From positions 124,001 through 188,000 of the forward strand of contig NW_025767725.1 in the NCBI RefSeq assembly GCF_003918875.1: DNA of 64,000 bases. Direction: 5' to 3'. Below, one piece after another: positions 1 through 11,955 of this stretch. The position numbers and the translations under genes were made by a program. Under the pieces are notes generated by a model. It was not told the DNA's origin. It saw only the letters and a program-made list of their open reading frames with translations, and ran no database searches. Every line of letters starts with the position of its first letter. Position 1 is the first letter of the stretch. Origin of the DNA: Haliotis rubra (lineage: Eukaryota).

Positions 1-2667
1 TGGCTCTTTTTCTAGTAGTAAATTTAAAAAAACAAAAGGCAAAACGTTTTATAAACCATACTGGTGCGATGAGTTACAGTGTCAGTGGGATCGTGTTTGT
101 GAATCGGAGAAGAACTGGTTGAAATGTAAATCTTCTGTTAGGAGAAGGGACCTTAAGCATATATTTACGGTTGAAAGGAAAGCCTTCGATAAATTACACC
201 GTAGTCACAAACGTTTGTATCAAGGTCGAGAAAAGCAGGACTTGTTAGATAAGTTCAATAATAAGATAGTCGTGATTTTTGGAAGGTTATTGGAAAGATA
301 GGTATTTCAAATGACCGGTGTAATTCTGTCCCTTGGGAGGTAATGTATGATAGTGAAATCATTATCAATAAGCCTGAATGTTTGGAAAAACACATATAGC
401 TCTTTATATAACACTGATCCTAGTGGTGTCTTTGATGAGTACCATTTTCAATCTGTGATGCGGGAGCTAGATAACGGTGTTAGACAACAACTATCTTATG
501 ACGTCACCACCTTGAATCAACCAATAACTCGCCAAGAGGTTCTATCTGCTATTACTCGTGCAAAACGTGGTAAAGCTACAGGTGTCGATTGCATTCCTGC
601 GCAGGCGCTAAAAAATAGGTCATGTGTGGATATGTTGTATAGAATATGTTCGTTTAGCTTTGACAAAGGTGTTTGCCCTAATATTTGGCGTAAGAGTATA
701 ATCACACCAATTCCAAAACCAGGTGGTAATCCCAGGTATCCTTCAGATTACCGAGGCATTTCCCTAATCAGTATTCCTTGTAAAATGTATTCGGACATAT
801 TGAATGCTAGGTTTTCTGCTTGGCTTGAATGTAATGAGGTTTTGGCTGAGGAGCAAAACGGCTTTCGTAAGCACAGGAGTACAGTTGACAGTATTTATAC
901 TTTGTTTTCTGTTATAAGCAATAGGAAAATCCAGAAATGTTCAACTTTTGTTTGCTATATTGATGCTATGAAGGCCTTCGATCGCGTGAACAGACATTAT
1001 CTTTGGTATAAGCTTGTTAAACTTGGTATTAGTGGCAGATTCTTTTCTGCAGTGAAATCTTTGTATGATAATACCCAATCCCTTTGTTAGTGTTAATGGA
1101 TATTTGTCACAAGATTTCTCCGTAAATAGTGGCGTTAAACAGGGCTGCGTTTTGTCGCCAACATTATTCTCGGTGTTCATAAATGATTTGGTGGATGAAA
1201 TCAATCAGCTGAATTGTGGTATTCAGATCAACGCCAATTTCATGATTAGTGTTCTTCTTTACGCCGATGATATTGCGCTCATTGCAGGAGACGAAGATTC
1301 TTTACAGTCTATGTTAGACTGTGTCAATCAATGGTGCAGAAGATGGCGTTTGCAGATTAATGCTTAGAAGACCAAAATAGTTCATTATAGACCTGTTTCT
1401 ATGGCAAGAACCGAGTTCAGATTTTCTTGTGGCAACGACGATATCGATGTATGTAACGCCTATAAATATCTAGGACTGTGGTTACAGGAACACCTTGATC
1501 TTAATTTCACTGCAAAGGAAATCGCTAAGTCTGCTGGAAGAGCACTGGGTATCTTAATTAGTAAATTCAAAGCAGTTGATGGGATGCATTATGATGTGTT
1601 TAACAAACTTTATGATAACTTAGTTCAACCAATACTGTCGTATGGATCTGCTGTTTGGGGGTCACGTGAATTCAGTTGTATAAATGCTATCCAAAATAGG
1701 GCATGTCGTTTCTTTTTGGGTGTAGGTCGTAATACCCCGAACTTAGCCGTAAGAGGCGAGATGGGTTGGTTTTCTAACCTCACAAAACATCGTATTGAAT
1801 CTGTCCGTTATTGGAAGCGCCTACAATCTTTTAAGCACAATAGTATTATAAGCAATATTCACAACTGGTCATTGTCCTTCCGTAAGTCATGGGATAACAA
1901 AGTTTTACAATTATTGATCTCTTTGGATTTATCTCTTGTTGACATGCTGCGTATTTCACCAATGGATTTCATTTTCATAAAAGAGAAGTTGTTTGATATT
2001 GATTATTCTAACTGGTATTCACAACTATGGGATGATACTGGCCGTTGTAACGGCAACAAACTACGAACGTTCCGGCTGTTTAAGACCTCTTTATCAGTAT
2101 CAACATATGCCCGCACTATTTTCAATAGATCTCAACGAAGTATCCTGGCCAAACTACGATGTGGAACTTTACCTCTGGAGATTGAACTAGGTCGTTTCTC
2201 ACGGCCTAAAACCCCTCTTGAACAACGACTATGTAAATATTGTAAGAATAGAGCAGTTGAAGACGAGGTCCATTTTTTATCGAAATGTAATATATATTCC
2301 GATATAAGGTCAATTTTATGGCAAAAGGCACGCTCTCTTAACCCTCTGTTTAGCTTGATGACTCCTGTCGACCAGACTATTTTTATTATGGAATGTGATA
2401 ACCTAGTTTATTCCTTAGCTGCTTCAGTGTTACATATGTTTAAAAGAAGAAAATTATTATAACATATGATATTACACCATCCATCTTATCTCTAAGTTTT
2501 ACTATGTGTGTATAGGGATATATTTTATCTATGCTTTGTTTTATGGATTTTATGTGTCTCGTAGGCCTGTAAAGGCCGGGCAGATGTTTCATATGACACA
2601 GAAGATTGTATATATTATGTAAACATCTGAGTGATAATAAAATAAAATAATTTCTCTCTCTCTCTCT
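1..2667 (+). mobile_element. Non-LTR retrotransposon (RTE-X/CR1-group) ORF2, RT plus C-terminal zinc-finger-like region, disrupted; 5' part runs off the window
   Basis: ORFs 347-1090, 1065-1367 and 1401-2462 join into one pol: YRGISL, QNGFRK, KAFD, GVKQGCVLSP, LLYADD, LEIELGRF..RLCKYC..EDEVHF. Frameshift near 1075 and TAG at 1365-1367. Ends in (AATAA)n then (CT)n. Clade assignment is from memory of motifs. Confidence 0.9.
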
Positions 2668-3242
2668 ATTACTGCTAAAAGCGGCGTAAAACAACACTCA
2701 CTTACTATCACTGTTGCGATGGCTAAGCTTTATGAAACCCACTTCAGTCAAACGAGGGAAGATGTCTCGAAGATCATCAGTGTTATCCTCGAGAAGCTTC
2801 GTGATAACAGAAGCAAAAAGATGACCTATGTCCAGTTTCCTCTTTCAACGTGAACGATATATTTCCGTTTTGTTTGCAAGTGAATAATTGACTTGACTTT
2901 GCATGTGTTTGTTGTGCAAAGGGCAGTTTAGTAAGATTTGCTTACCTTTCCGCATATGTTGACTGTTTGGGACTCTGCTGAGATGTACATAGACGTCCTA
3001 GGGTATACAGTAAATAACATGACGTCGGTACAAGGTCGAGACATGATCTGATATTGTCTGTGTGAAATGTTGACAGTTACTGATAAATGTATGGATACAG
3101 TTATTATTAAAATGTCTTCTAAGCAGTGCCGGGTAACAAATGTATGTGCGTTTATAGTAGTGCAGAGGCAAGGGGTGAAAATAGATACTTGGCGAACTAA
3201 AGCAGGAAACTTGCAAAGTGCTGGGGAATATCAACGAATACA

Positions 3243-4726
3243 TACATAAAGTAGGGGAACTTCATTTTTAAATTACGATTGAAAAGGTTGGCAGATATAT
3301 TGAAGTCATTCAATGATGATATGATAATAATGAATGTTTTGAGAGTGCATCACCACTTGTACTTCCTTATGACCATAGTTGTTTGTACGGTAATAACTCG
3401 TGAAAGATGACTGGTGTATGACGTGCAATTTGCATGTGTACGATTTTCATTTTCAAAAAAAAAAAACAGCTATAAACAAACACTTACAACTGTGTGATGC
3501 AGGATGAATGTCAAACATAATGGTCTACAGTGACTTGAAATACACAATGCCAGGTTAGAAAGTGGTCAAATGTAACATATGTTATATTTGGGATTACATT
3601 TTCTTAGTAAAATACAGATTCTAGTACTTTTGTTGGGTTGAGTCCCATACGGGATTCGAACCCCCTTTGTCAGGCACATAATGAGCAACATACAAACCCA
3701 GTCGCCAAACCGGCTCAGTCACAGCATCTTCCACTTCTGGACCAGACAATCCAGTAATTAACAGCATGGGCATTGCTATCCAGAATTCGGATACGATGAC
3801 ATGTGTCAACCAAGTCAATGAACCTGACCACCCTATCCTGTTAGTCACGTCTTATGACAAGCATGAGTTGCTGAAAACCAATTCTAACAGGGTTATTCAT
3901 GGGTGGAACTTCATGTTGTGCATGCATACTGACACATTGTAAACAAAATATGTAACAATCTATCAACAGAATTTAGTCTGTGGCTAAATACACGTGAAAT
4001 ATCTTAACCCAGAATAAGTATTATTCACATGAACCTAAGTTCATTTACTTTCCAAAATTCACAATTATTAACCCTCTTGGTCCCCAACCAACACCCATGA
4101 GGCATAAACAGGACTTGCTTCAGTGTTGTCTGATTGTGTCTGTCTGTACATACACAATGCCTGTCAGAAAATGGTCAAATGTAAGATGTTATTTGGGATT
4201 AGTAAACTCTGGGGTTGAGTCTCATCTGGGATTTGAACCCACCCTATCAGAGTGAGGCACCTAATAAGCAATCTAACCCACTCAGCTACCACAAAAATGG
4301 AAGTCTGACATCTGGTAGTCTGTATCACCTATTTTATGTACACCTCTGACAAGCATAAATTGGCATGGCTCCTGTGGCTGAAAGCTATGAATACAAAATG
4401 CCCTGAGGGCGCGGGTTCGAATTCCGAGTGGGACTCAATCCAAAAATTACTAGACTCTGTACTTTACTAAGAAAGTGCAATCCCAAATATAACATATCTT
4501 ACTACAGTGACTTATCAAAATTCTAGAAAACCGTCAAATTTAAGAACGACCCCCATGCGTGGGGCTACTGCGTTGTGCACGTCCATCACATGCCTTGAGT
4601 TTAGGGCTGGTGATAAAGAGAAATAGTGATGCGTTCATAAGATGTCTGTCTTTGAAAAGTTTGTTAACGCTTAAGCTTCCTATCTAAATTGAAACTTCAA
4701 GTTCCCTTCCTTTCTTAAAGAGTATA
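3243..4726. mobile_element. MITE with AAAGTAGGGGAAC-type TIRs, interrupted by a ~965-bp nested insertion
   Basis: Colinear with the uninterrupted copy at ~24805-25287. The nested block 3537-4501 is flanked by the 12-bp direct repeat CTACAGTGACTT (3525-3536, 4502-4513). Confidence 0.65.
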
Positions 4727-4731
4727 TATGT

Positions 4732-5088
4732 CAGGTGAGGTGAGGTGAAATTGGGTTTAACGTCGTGCTTGAGAATATTTCGCTCATATGACGACGTGCA
4801 TGCGTGTGTATGTGTATTTGCGGCTACTTGTACTAGTCCAGACTTAAGCTGGTTTTATAGTGCTAGCTCACTGAGATACCATGCCGCAGTGAAGCATGAA
4901 TACCCCACTCAGACACATTATACTGACTCCGAGCCGACCAGTCCTTGTTGTACCCATTAATGCCGAGCGCCAGGCAGGGACCAACAAGTACCATATTTTA
5001 ACGTGTTCTGGTATGACTCGGCCGGGAATCGAACCCGCGACCTTCCGCTCTCCGAGCGGACGCTCTAACCACTACACCACGGAGGCGG
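4732..5088 (-). mobile_element. tRNA-derived SINE (family M, Meta/MESC-like core, (CACCT)n tail)
   Basis: Minus-strand A box TGGTGTAGTGG and B box GGTTCGATTCC; TSD TCTTAAAGAGTATATATGT at 4713-4731 and 5089-5107; near-identical copy at 62108-62462. The core-domain name is from memory. Confidence 0.85.
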
Positions 5089-5300
5089 TCTTAAAGAGTA
5101 TATATGTGTACGTTTATGGAGGAGGAGCTAAGCCTATGATGGCCATGGCTAAAGTTTCTCATTTCTTAATGTAAATTTGACTGTCAATTTCCTCGGTGCA
5201 TTGAGGCCTGTGCGTCTTTAGTGCTATCTGTATTTATTTTCCAGGATAAAGGGTTCACGTGTGTACATACAATAACAATAAGTACACGTGATTGCCTGTA

Positions 5301-5459
5301 GGAGCAGTGTCGTAGCCTAGTGGTTAAAGCCTTCGCTCGTCCGCCCGGGTTCGATTCTCTACATATGTACAATGTGTGAGGCCAACTGATGGAGTCCCCC
5401 GTCGTGATATTGCTGGAAAATTGCAAACAGCGGCGTAAAACTAAACTCACTCACTCACT
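5301..5459 (+). mobile_element. tRNA-derived SINE family 1 (~165 bp, (CACT)n tail)
   Basis: A box TAGCCTAGTGG, B box GGTTCGATTC, tail GATATTGCTGGAA...GCGGCGTAAAACTAAACTCACT. Confidence 0.8.
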
Positions 5460-5563
5460 GATTGCCGATAAGCGTTGGGACGCAAGGAGAAAAGTCAGTT
5501 CATTGGGGTGTTTGTTGACGTAGTAGCGACACTATCACAGGTAGGTCATAAAGACCTGGAATA

Positions 5564-5730
5564 AGTGAGTGAGTGAGTTTAGTTTTATGCCGCTGATAGC
5601 AATATTCCAGCAATATAACGGGTGGAGGACACCAGAAATGGGCTTCACACATTGTACCAATGTGGGGAATCGAACCCGGGTCTTCGGCGTGACGAGCGAA
5701 TGCTTTAACCACTAGGCTACCCCACCGCCG
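5564..5730 (-). mobile_element. SINE family 1
   Basis: Full-length reverse copy with A/B boxes and tail. Confidence 0.85.
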
Positions 5731-5891
5731 CTGTAATAAGAACTTTACGGATCACCCCAGTGGAATCATACGACCTACGTTATTGCAGTATAACGGCGCT
5801 GAGTGTGCGAAAAAAAATTGTGTTAGTCGACAGTGCTCAAATGTCCTAATTCTTCCAAACACACGAATTTGCACCTCACATCAGTGACAAG

Positions 5892-6037
5892 GTTTTACGC
5901 CGCTTTTAGCACTTTTCCAGCAGTATCACGACGGGGACACCAAAAATGGGCTTCACACATTGTATCAATGTGAAGAATCGAACCCGGGTCTACGGTGTGA
6001 CGAGCGGACGCTTTAACCATAAGGCTACCCCATCGAC
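5892..6037 (-). mobile_element. SINE family 1
   Basis: Reverse copy with A/B boxes, tail shortened. Confidence 0.8.
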
Positions 6038-6196
6038 TCCTACCTACATCAAGGCAATCAGCTGATATCAGGTGTAATCTGCGTGATAAGTGTGTATGTA
6101 AACACACTAGAGTTATTTACTGTATTTCTTAGAAAGAAAGATGCAATTCACAAATTTAACTCACTCACTCCTCCTTGTTTCTTTCTTTCTTTCTTT

Positions 6197-6447
6197 ACCC
6201 GTGAAGATCCGGGTTAGAATATTGATCTTCAGTAACCCATGCTTGTCGTAAGACGGGACTAACGGGTTCGGGTGGTCAGGCTCGCTGACTTGGTTCGGGA
6301 GGTCATCGGTTCCCAATTGTGCAGATTGATCCACATGCTGTTGATCACTGGATTGTCTGGTCCAGACTCGATTATTTACAGACCGACGCCATATAGCTGG
6401 AATATTGTTGAGTGAGGCGTAAAACTAACCTCACTCACTCACCCACT
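6197..6447 (+). mobile_element. Retroposon family 2 (~250 bp, structured 5' head, no tRNA boxes, (CACT)n tail)
   Basis: Starts ACCCGTGAAGATCC; flanked by a duplicated TCTTTCTTTCTTT; the paralogous site at ~26620-26640 is empty. Confidence 0.85.
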
Positions 6448-7166
6448 CTTTCTTTCTTTAACTAGACACACCCTCCAGCAATCCATATTTCGACCATTAT
6501 AGTGGGACGAAAAGCATGAGGACCATTGTTATAGAAAATACAGTCAGTTCTCTAAAATTTGGTTTGTTTGTTGTTTAACGGCACACTTAGCAATATTCCA
6601 GCTATATGGCGGCAACCTGTAAATATCTCAAAGAATTTCTACAATTTTAATTTGGACATTATGATTTACGCGTGCTAGAACAACATATGATTGTTTTAAC
6701 ATCCCGTGAAGCATATTACTAGTAGTTCATTTGAAACATTTTGTTGAGGTCCTCACACAGACCTCACATTGTCTGCAGGCTATCATTCGTCTGAGGCGCA
6801 CATAAAATGTTTCAAGTTGAAAATGCTTTCGACGAAGCACCAGTAAACACATCGAAAATGAAACTTTTTAAAAAATGTAAAATTTTGTTTGAACGTTTAC
6901 TTTTATTTGTTTTCAGAAAAAAAACATGATGAGTTTTAAGGATCTTTACTAGTATTACTTATGCTTTGATATACAACAACTGCAATCTTTTATAGCCACC
7001 AATCCTACTGATGCGGAGTCATCGAGCAATCTATTCTGATCGTATGTGATGTGATCTGATGAAACACGATGTGCTAAGGTATTAGCTCATCATCTCCCCC
7101 CGAAACAAAACAGTTCGTCCATTGTATCTATCGTAATATGATGGATATGTAATCCAGTGTTAAGCA

Positions 7167-7335
7167 AGGTGGTATGGTAGCCGCGCGAGTGGCTAAGGCG
7201 TTCGCTCGTCACGCCGAAGACCAGGGTTCGACTCCCTACATGGGCAAATAGTGTGAAGCCCATTTCTGGTGTCCCCCGACGTGATATTGCTGAAATATTG
7301 CTAAAAGCGGCGTAAAAATAAGCTCACTCACTCAC
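7167..7335 (+). mobile_element. SINE family 1
   Basis: B box and tail; the same insertion is present in the duplicate block at 30950-31138. Confidence 0.8.
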
Positions 7336-7886
7336 CCTAGTGTAAATCTACTTTCCCCGACACAGATATTTGTCTGTTGGTGTCTGTTGGATTGTTTCAC
7401 ATATATACACTATTTAATATACATAAACTCAAACACACATATATGCGCACGGACACACACTAACGCACACACACACACATTTGTGGCTTCTTCTGAGGAA
7501 TGTCATCGAATGGTGAGAATGTAACTGGAACAGAATCATTTCTGAAAGATGGCTCAGGAACCAGCATTTGTAAAATATAAAGCCAGAATTCGTAGCTAAG
7601 TTCACACAATAATATCATTGTTATTGTTATGTGCCTTGATCAATGCTAGTCAATTCAAACAACGAGAGAAAGTATCCAGCTATTGTTTATGATGGCTACC
7701 ACTGAGACAAGAAATGGTTATTCGATGGTGATATGTTTGACACGGGTGCTGCAGTACAGCGTCTTTAACTTCAATTTGCTGTGTTGTGGTGACGTATTTC
7801 ATTGTACAAACGTTTTCTTTGTCCCTTTCAGTTTTCAAGTGTATATCTTCCAGCAGTATAGTAAGCTGGAGACGAGGAGCATTCAC

Positions 7887-8718
7887 TCAGAAATAGATCT
7901 TCTGAAGAGAGGGGTATCTGTAAGGGATAAGGTGGTGGTGGTAAGGCCGGTGTTCCGATGACACTCGTGTTCTGGCTGGTCCACTGAGGCGGCCTTCACA
8001 CCCATGAACTGAAAGGTGGAGCTCCAGTTTTGCCTGGACAGTGGGGACCGGCGGGAGGGAGGCGAGAGGGTTGAGTTGGTACTCACGAACTGCTGAAAAT
8101 CGTGATAATATAATCATACATACAATTATGTCTCAAGTTAGTAAGATTTATTGTCACATCAATCAATATTTCTGGATATGAATTCAAACTTGGCATATGA
8201 ATTCTTCGAAAATGCATTTGTAAATACACCTATCATCATTGATTGGAAGGTTTGGATTGAATCTTTTGTAAGTTTTGTTGTTGTCTTTTTGAGAACTGCA
8301 TCATTCCTCATAGAATGTTTACGATAAAACTAAACAATATTTTATTCATATATATTACATACATTCCATAAAACGCTGATATATTCTAGTTCTAAATACT
8401 GTTTCTTTCTTGATTCACTATTAACGCAAAGCCAAGAATGATCAAACACGCGGTTTATCTGTTGATTAGAAATATTCCCTGGTCAACAACAAGAAAAATA
8501 TTATTTGTAGGCTGGGTATATTTTTAATAATTGCGTGGTAACATCTATGACAAGACCTACCAGCAGGATCTTTTGCTGTCGGACCAGTGGGGCAAGGTTC
8601 AGCACTGCTCCGGAGTTTTGCAGGTAGTACAAATTTAATATACATGCCTGTACAAATGCCACCAATGATGGCAATCCCCGCGAGATAACCGATCATCACC
8701 GCAACAGCATTGACCTGT
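7887..8718 (-). pseudogene. G1: partial Shisa-like/CYYR1-like gene copy (TM exon 8561-8718, tail exon 7887-8092); no signal-peptide or Cys exon found
   Basis: TM exon has the same 158-nt length and phases as G3 exon 3 (QVNAVAVMIGYLAGIAIIGGICTGMYIKFVLP...), with canonical AG/GT. The tail exon has a net 10-nt deletion relative to G3 that shifts the frame past the ancestral stop (TGA 7996-7998). Confidence 0.7.
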
Positions 8719-8726
8719 CTGTGGAA

Positions 8727-8870
8727 AGTGAGTGAGTTTAGTTTTACGCCGCACTCAGCAATATTCAATCTAAATGGCCACGGTCTGTAAAAAATCGAGT
8801 CTGGACCAGACAATCCAGTGATCAACATCATGAGCATCGATCTACGCCATTGGGAACCGATGACATGTGG
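8727..8870 (-). mobile_element. Retroposon family 2, 5'-truncated, inserted in the G1 exon-3 acceptor tract
   Basis: Family-2 body and tail; absent at the equivalent G3 position (~33555). Confidence 0.85.
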
Positions 8871-8873
8871 CAA

Positions 8874-9069
8874 TAATAATTTTAAAAGCTTCTCAACCAA
8901 ATGGTTTCCTCTCATCGCGGTATTTAATCCTGAATAACTATTTAACCAAAACATATTACTGTCAATATTGATATTTAATGTATTACATCTCTACTGAGCC
9001 CACAAGCTGGTATGTACACATATTCTTCTGTATGCTTGTATTCAACTTATTGGGAACAATTAAAAAAAA
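8874..9069 (+). mobile_element. 3' end of an L1/Tx1-like LINE with A-tail
   Basis: Reverse-complement match to 44340-44500, which continues into zf-RVT-like coding sequence; another copy at ~25540-25838. Confidence 0.6.
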
Positions 9070-9779
9070 GTTACAGCAATCAACCCCTAAGTAAAACTTT
9101 CAACATGTTTTATGGTAAGCATGTGGAGTACATTTCGAAACGTGAGCATCTGTGACAAAAACTGCAAAATCCGATGCAATTCCCTATTTTGAATTGTACC
9201 ATACGTTCCCGAATTGTTTCAAGTGAACAATTGACTACACTTTGCACATGTCCATGAGGGGTGCCATCCGGCGGGGCAGGATATGCTCACCTTTTCGCGA
9301 ACACCTGGTATCATCACTATTTCATAGTGATTCATAAGCACATGCTCTGTCATCGTATTGAATGGTGACAATCACTGAATTGTCTGGTTCAGTCTCGATT
9401 TGTTTACAAACAACATGATACAGCTGTAAAACTCCTGAAGCAAATATATGTTCATGATACAGTCACAGTTGTACAATTTCTTATGTATGTGGAAACGGTT
9501 TTGTTGTTACCGTATGAAAACAAATGTCCGTTTGACTGGTTCATGTGCGATTCCTTAAAGCGAATTTACTGTGTCTTCTCGGATTTCAGTGAACCATTCA
9601 CAACAGACAGAAAGACAGTATTTATTCAGTAAAGAGGCCCTCGCCCATAATACAATCAGAATGACATTGTCTTTAGTGGGTGCGCAAAACAACTTTGCAG
9701 CTCTATGTCCTGGAGTTTATCATTTCTGTACATGGTATAAGTATATGCCAACATTGTATATAACAGCATCCTTTTTGCT

Positions 9780-10725
9780 TTGCAAAAGACTTACGAAAGA
9801 GTAATGAGTAAGTGGTTCGTTCGTGAACTTTGTTATATATTTCTTTCCAAGTATATCATAGGCATTACAAATAAATAGTACATGATATTCATTTTCTATA
9901 TAATGCTGGCGTCTGGTTTTACAAAAAGGGCATAGTCTTTCGTTACATTCAATTCCATTATACCTGCCACATTTAACCGAAGTATTAAAATTTCTGCAAC
10001 TAAATCTAAATCAACTAAATAGCAATTCTTAAGTGCATAGGGATATCACAACACAAATATCTTTCAACATTTGACACAGTTTTGAACTCCTTCTGAAAAA
10101 TACATTTAGGAGATTTACTAATTGATGAGAACCAAGACTGTTTTAAGTTAACATCTAGCCTTAGCTTGAATAGATACACAAAATATTCCACATTTCCAAT
10201 TTCTTGGCCCAGCCAAGAATAACCAAATCCATATTGAAACAGGATGTCCCTAACTTTTGTTACTCAGGTATTATAGCCTAAGCTATCTGGTGATCTTAAC
10301 ATTAAATAACATTGATGCGGGGGTCTATTTTGTGGCATATGTATAAGTCTACCCCCAGAATTTAATCCCCCTTGACATGTGCAAATGCTGTAATGGGAGT
10401 CTGCCACACTCCCCAAGAACCATACCATTTAATGTAGTTTTTTCACCCTGAAGTATTGTTTACAAAATCTAATATGCACAGCCTCTATTATTTTGGAATG
10501 ACATGTTCCCCAAATTCAGAGCCATGACAAAGAATAGGCACAACCATTGAATCAAAAAGTTGATCAGTGCAAACTATGTTTCAACCCGTTTCAACAGGGG
10601 AACCATTATAGAACCATTTTTCATAATGGCGAAGAGGCCCCCCATTAAGACAATAATCTTGGTTTTGTTTAAGTTGACTTTCATCCCTGTACTATTACAA
10701 AAGCTTTCTGAAATTTCTTTTGAAG
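9780..10725 (-). mobile_element. Degenerate LINE RT C-terminal fragments
   Basis: FCNSTGMKVNLNKTKIIV motif in ORF 10574-10768; block absent from the G3 duplicate; boundaries approximate. Confidence 0.5.
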
Positions 10726-11955
10726 CAAATTGCGTGTGCCAAACAGTGCCGATAGGGGGGTCACCCATTTTCTTCTGGGGTGCTTGGGGGTCAGCAATTT
10801 TCTACACACGTACTAGGAGGGGTCAGCAATTTGGTACATAAAAACATGTTCTGATTTATGCTTAGAAATTATGGGAAGGGGAAGGGGGTCACTGGTTCTG
10901 TACATGACATGCAGGGGGGTCACTTATTTTGTACATACATTGTATGGGGGCATTCACATTGTACATGTTTAGACATAAAAATCATCATCACCCCCTAGTC
11001 ATAAATTATGAACCGTCCCTTAGTTGTTTTGTTGTTGTTTTTTCTATGTTAGGTTAAATTATGAACTGTCCCTTAGTTGTTGTTTTTCTTTTTCTGTGTT
11101 AGGTTCATCAGGGATGTTGTGTGTATGATAGGATGTAGATACCTTGTCAGAGCTTTGTTTATGATTGTTGATGTCAAGTGAACAGTGTAGTGGAAGGTGA
11201 CAGGACATGTCAAGTGTACCGACTGCAAGATGAGGCAATCATATAGTCAACAACACTGCACCCGTTATGAGTAATACATGTAAATTCACCATTTGTATCC
11301 TTAAACATCCTGCCATTAAGGATGTGAACACCATATATGTGAGACATATTTCCACTTAACACCATAATTGTTATAAACTAAATTGTGTTTGGAATTTCAT
11401 GGCAAATCAAAATCATCACTAGGATAATCATCGGGTCCTGGACAAAGTCTAGGTTATCAGAAGGTATATAATCTATAAAGTCTTTGATTCTTGCATTAAG
11501 GTCACTAACATAATAAGACGTGTTTATTTGGGTGATCAGAAGTAATGACGAAGAGATAGTCCTCTAGTGATGATATGCCATCAGTGTCAGTCTGATTGTA
11601 TATGGGCAAGTGATAAATGTGTAAACACAAGAACAGTGTCCTGATCCCAACCGAATACAGATGTTCTCAACAACAGGACAACACAATTTTCAAAATATGC
11701 ATAGAGCTGTTTTACAATATTATCATTCACTAAGTAATGACACTCACAACATATTGACTGCTATTAAGCTATTTATGACCAAAGGAATCGATTTTGGCGG
11801 AAACTGAGGCTGGTGTTGATGTGTTATACTTATTGACAATACTCCTGGCTCTTGACCAAACAGTCAAATCCGCATAAACAGGAATGTATTTTCGCGTTGG
11901 GAATTGGATTTTCTGGTTAAAATCACTTGATTGTCTGGTTTCTTTGCAGGCCGGC

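Noticed and set aside
2712-3230. Minus-strand open frames with a good donor (AAG|GTAAG near 2946)
   Set aside because: No recognisable protein, weak acceptor, and the duplicate copy lacks ~150 bp of it; unresolved without a database search.
5301-5730. tRNA genes
   Set aside because: The A/B boxes belong to multi-copy SINE heads followed by body, tail and TSDs.
5500-6107. Recurrent ORFs such as [11 protein letters not shown] and [14 protein letters not shown]
   Set aside because: Chance translations of SINE families 1 and 2.
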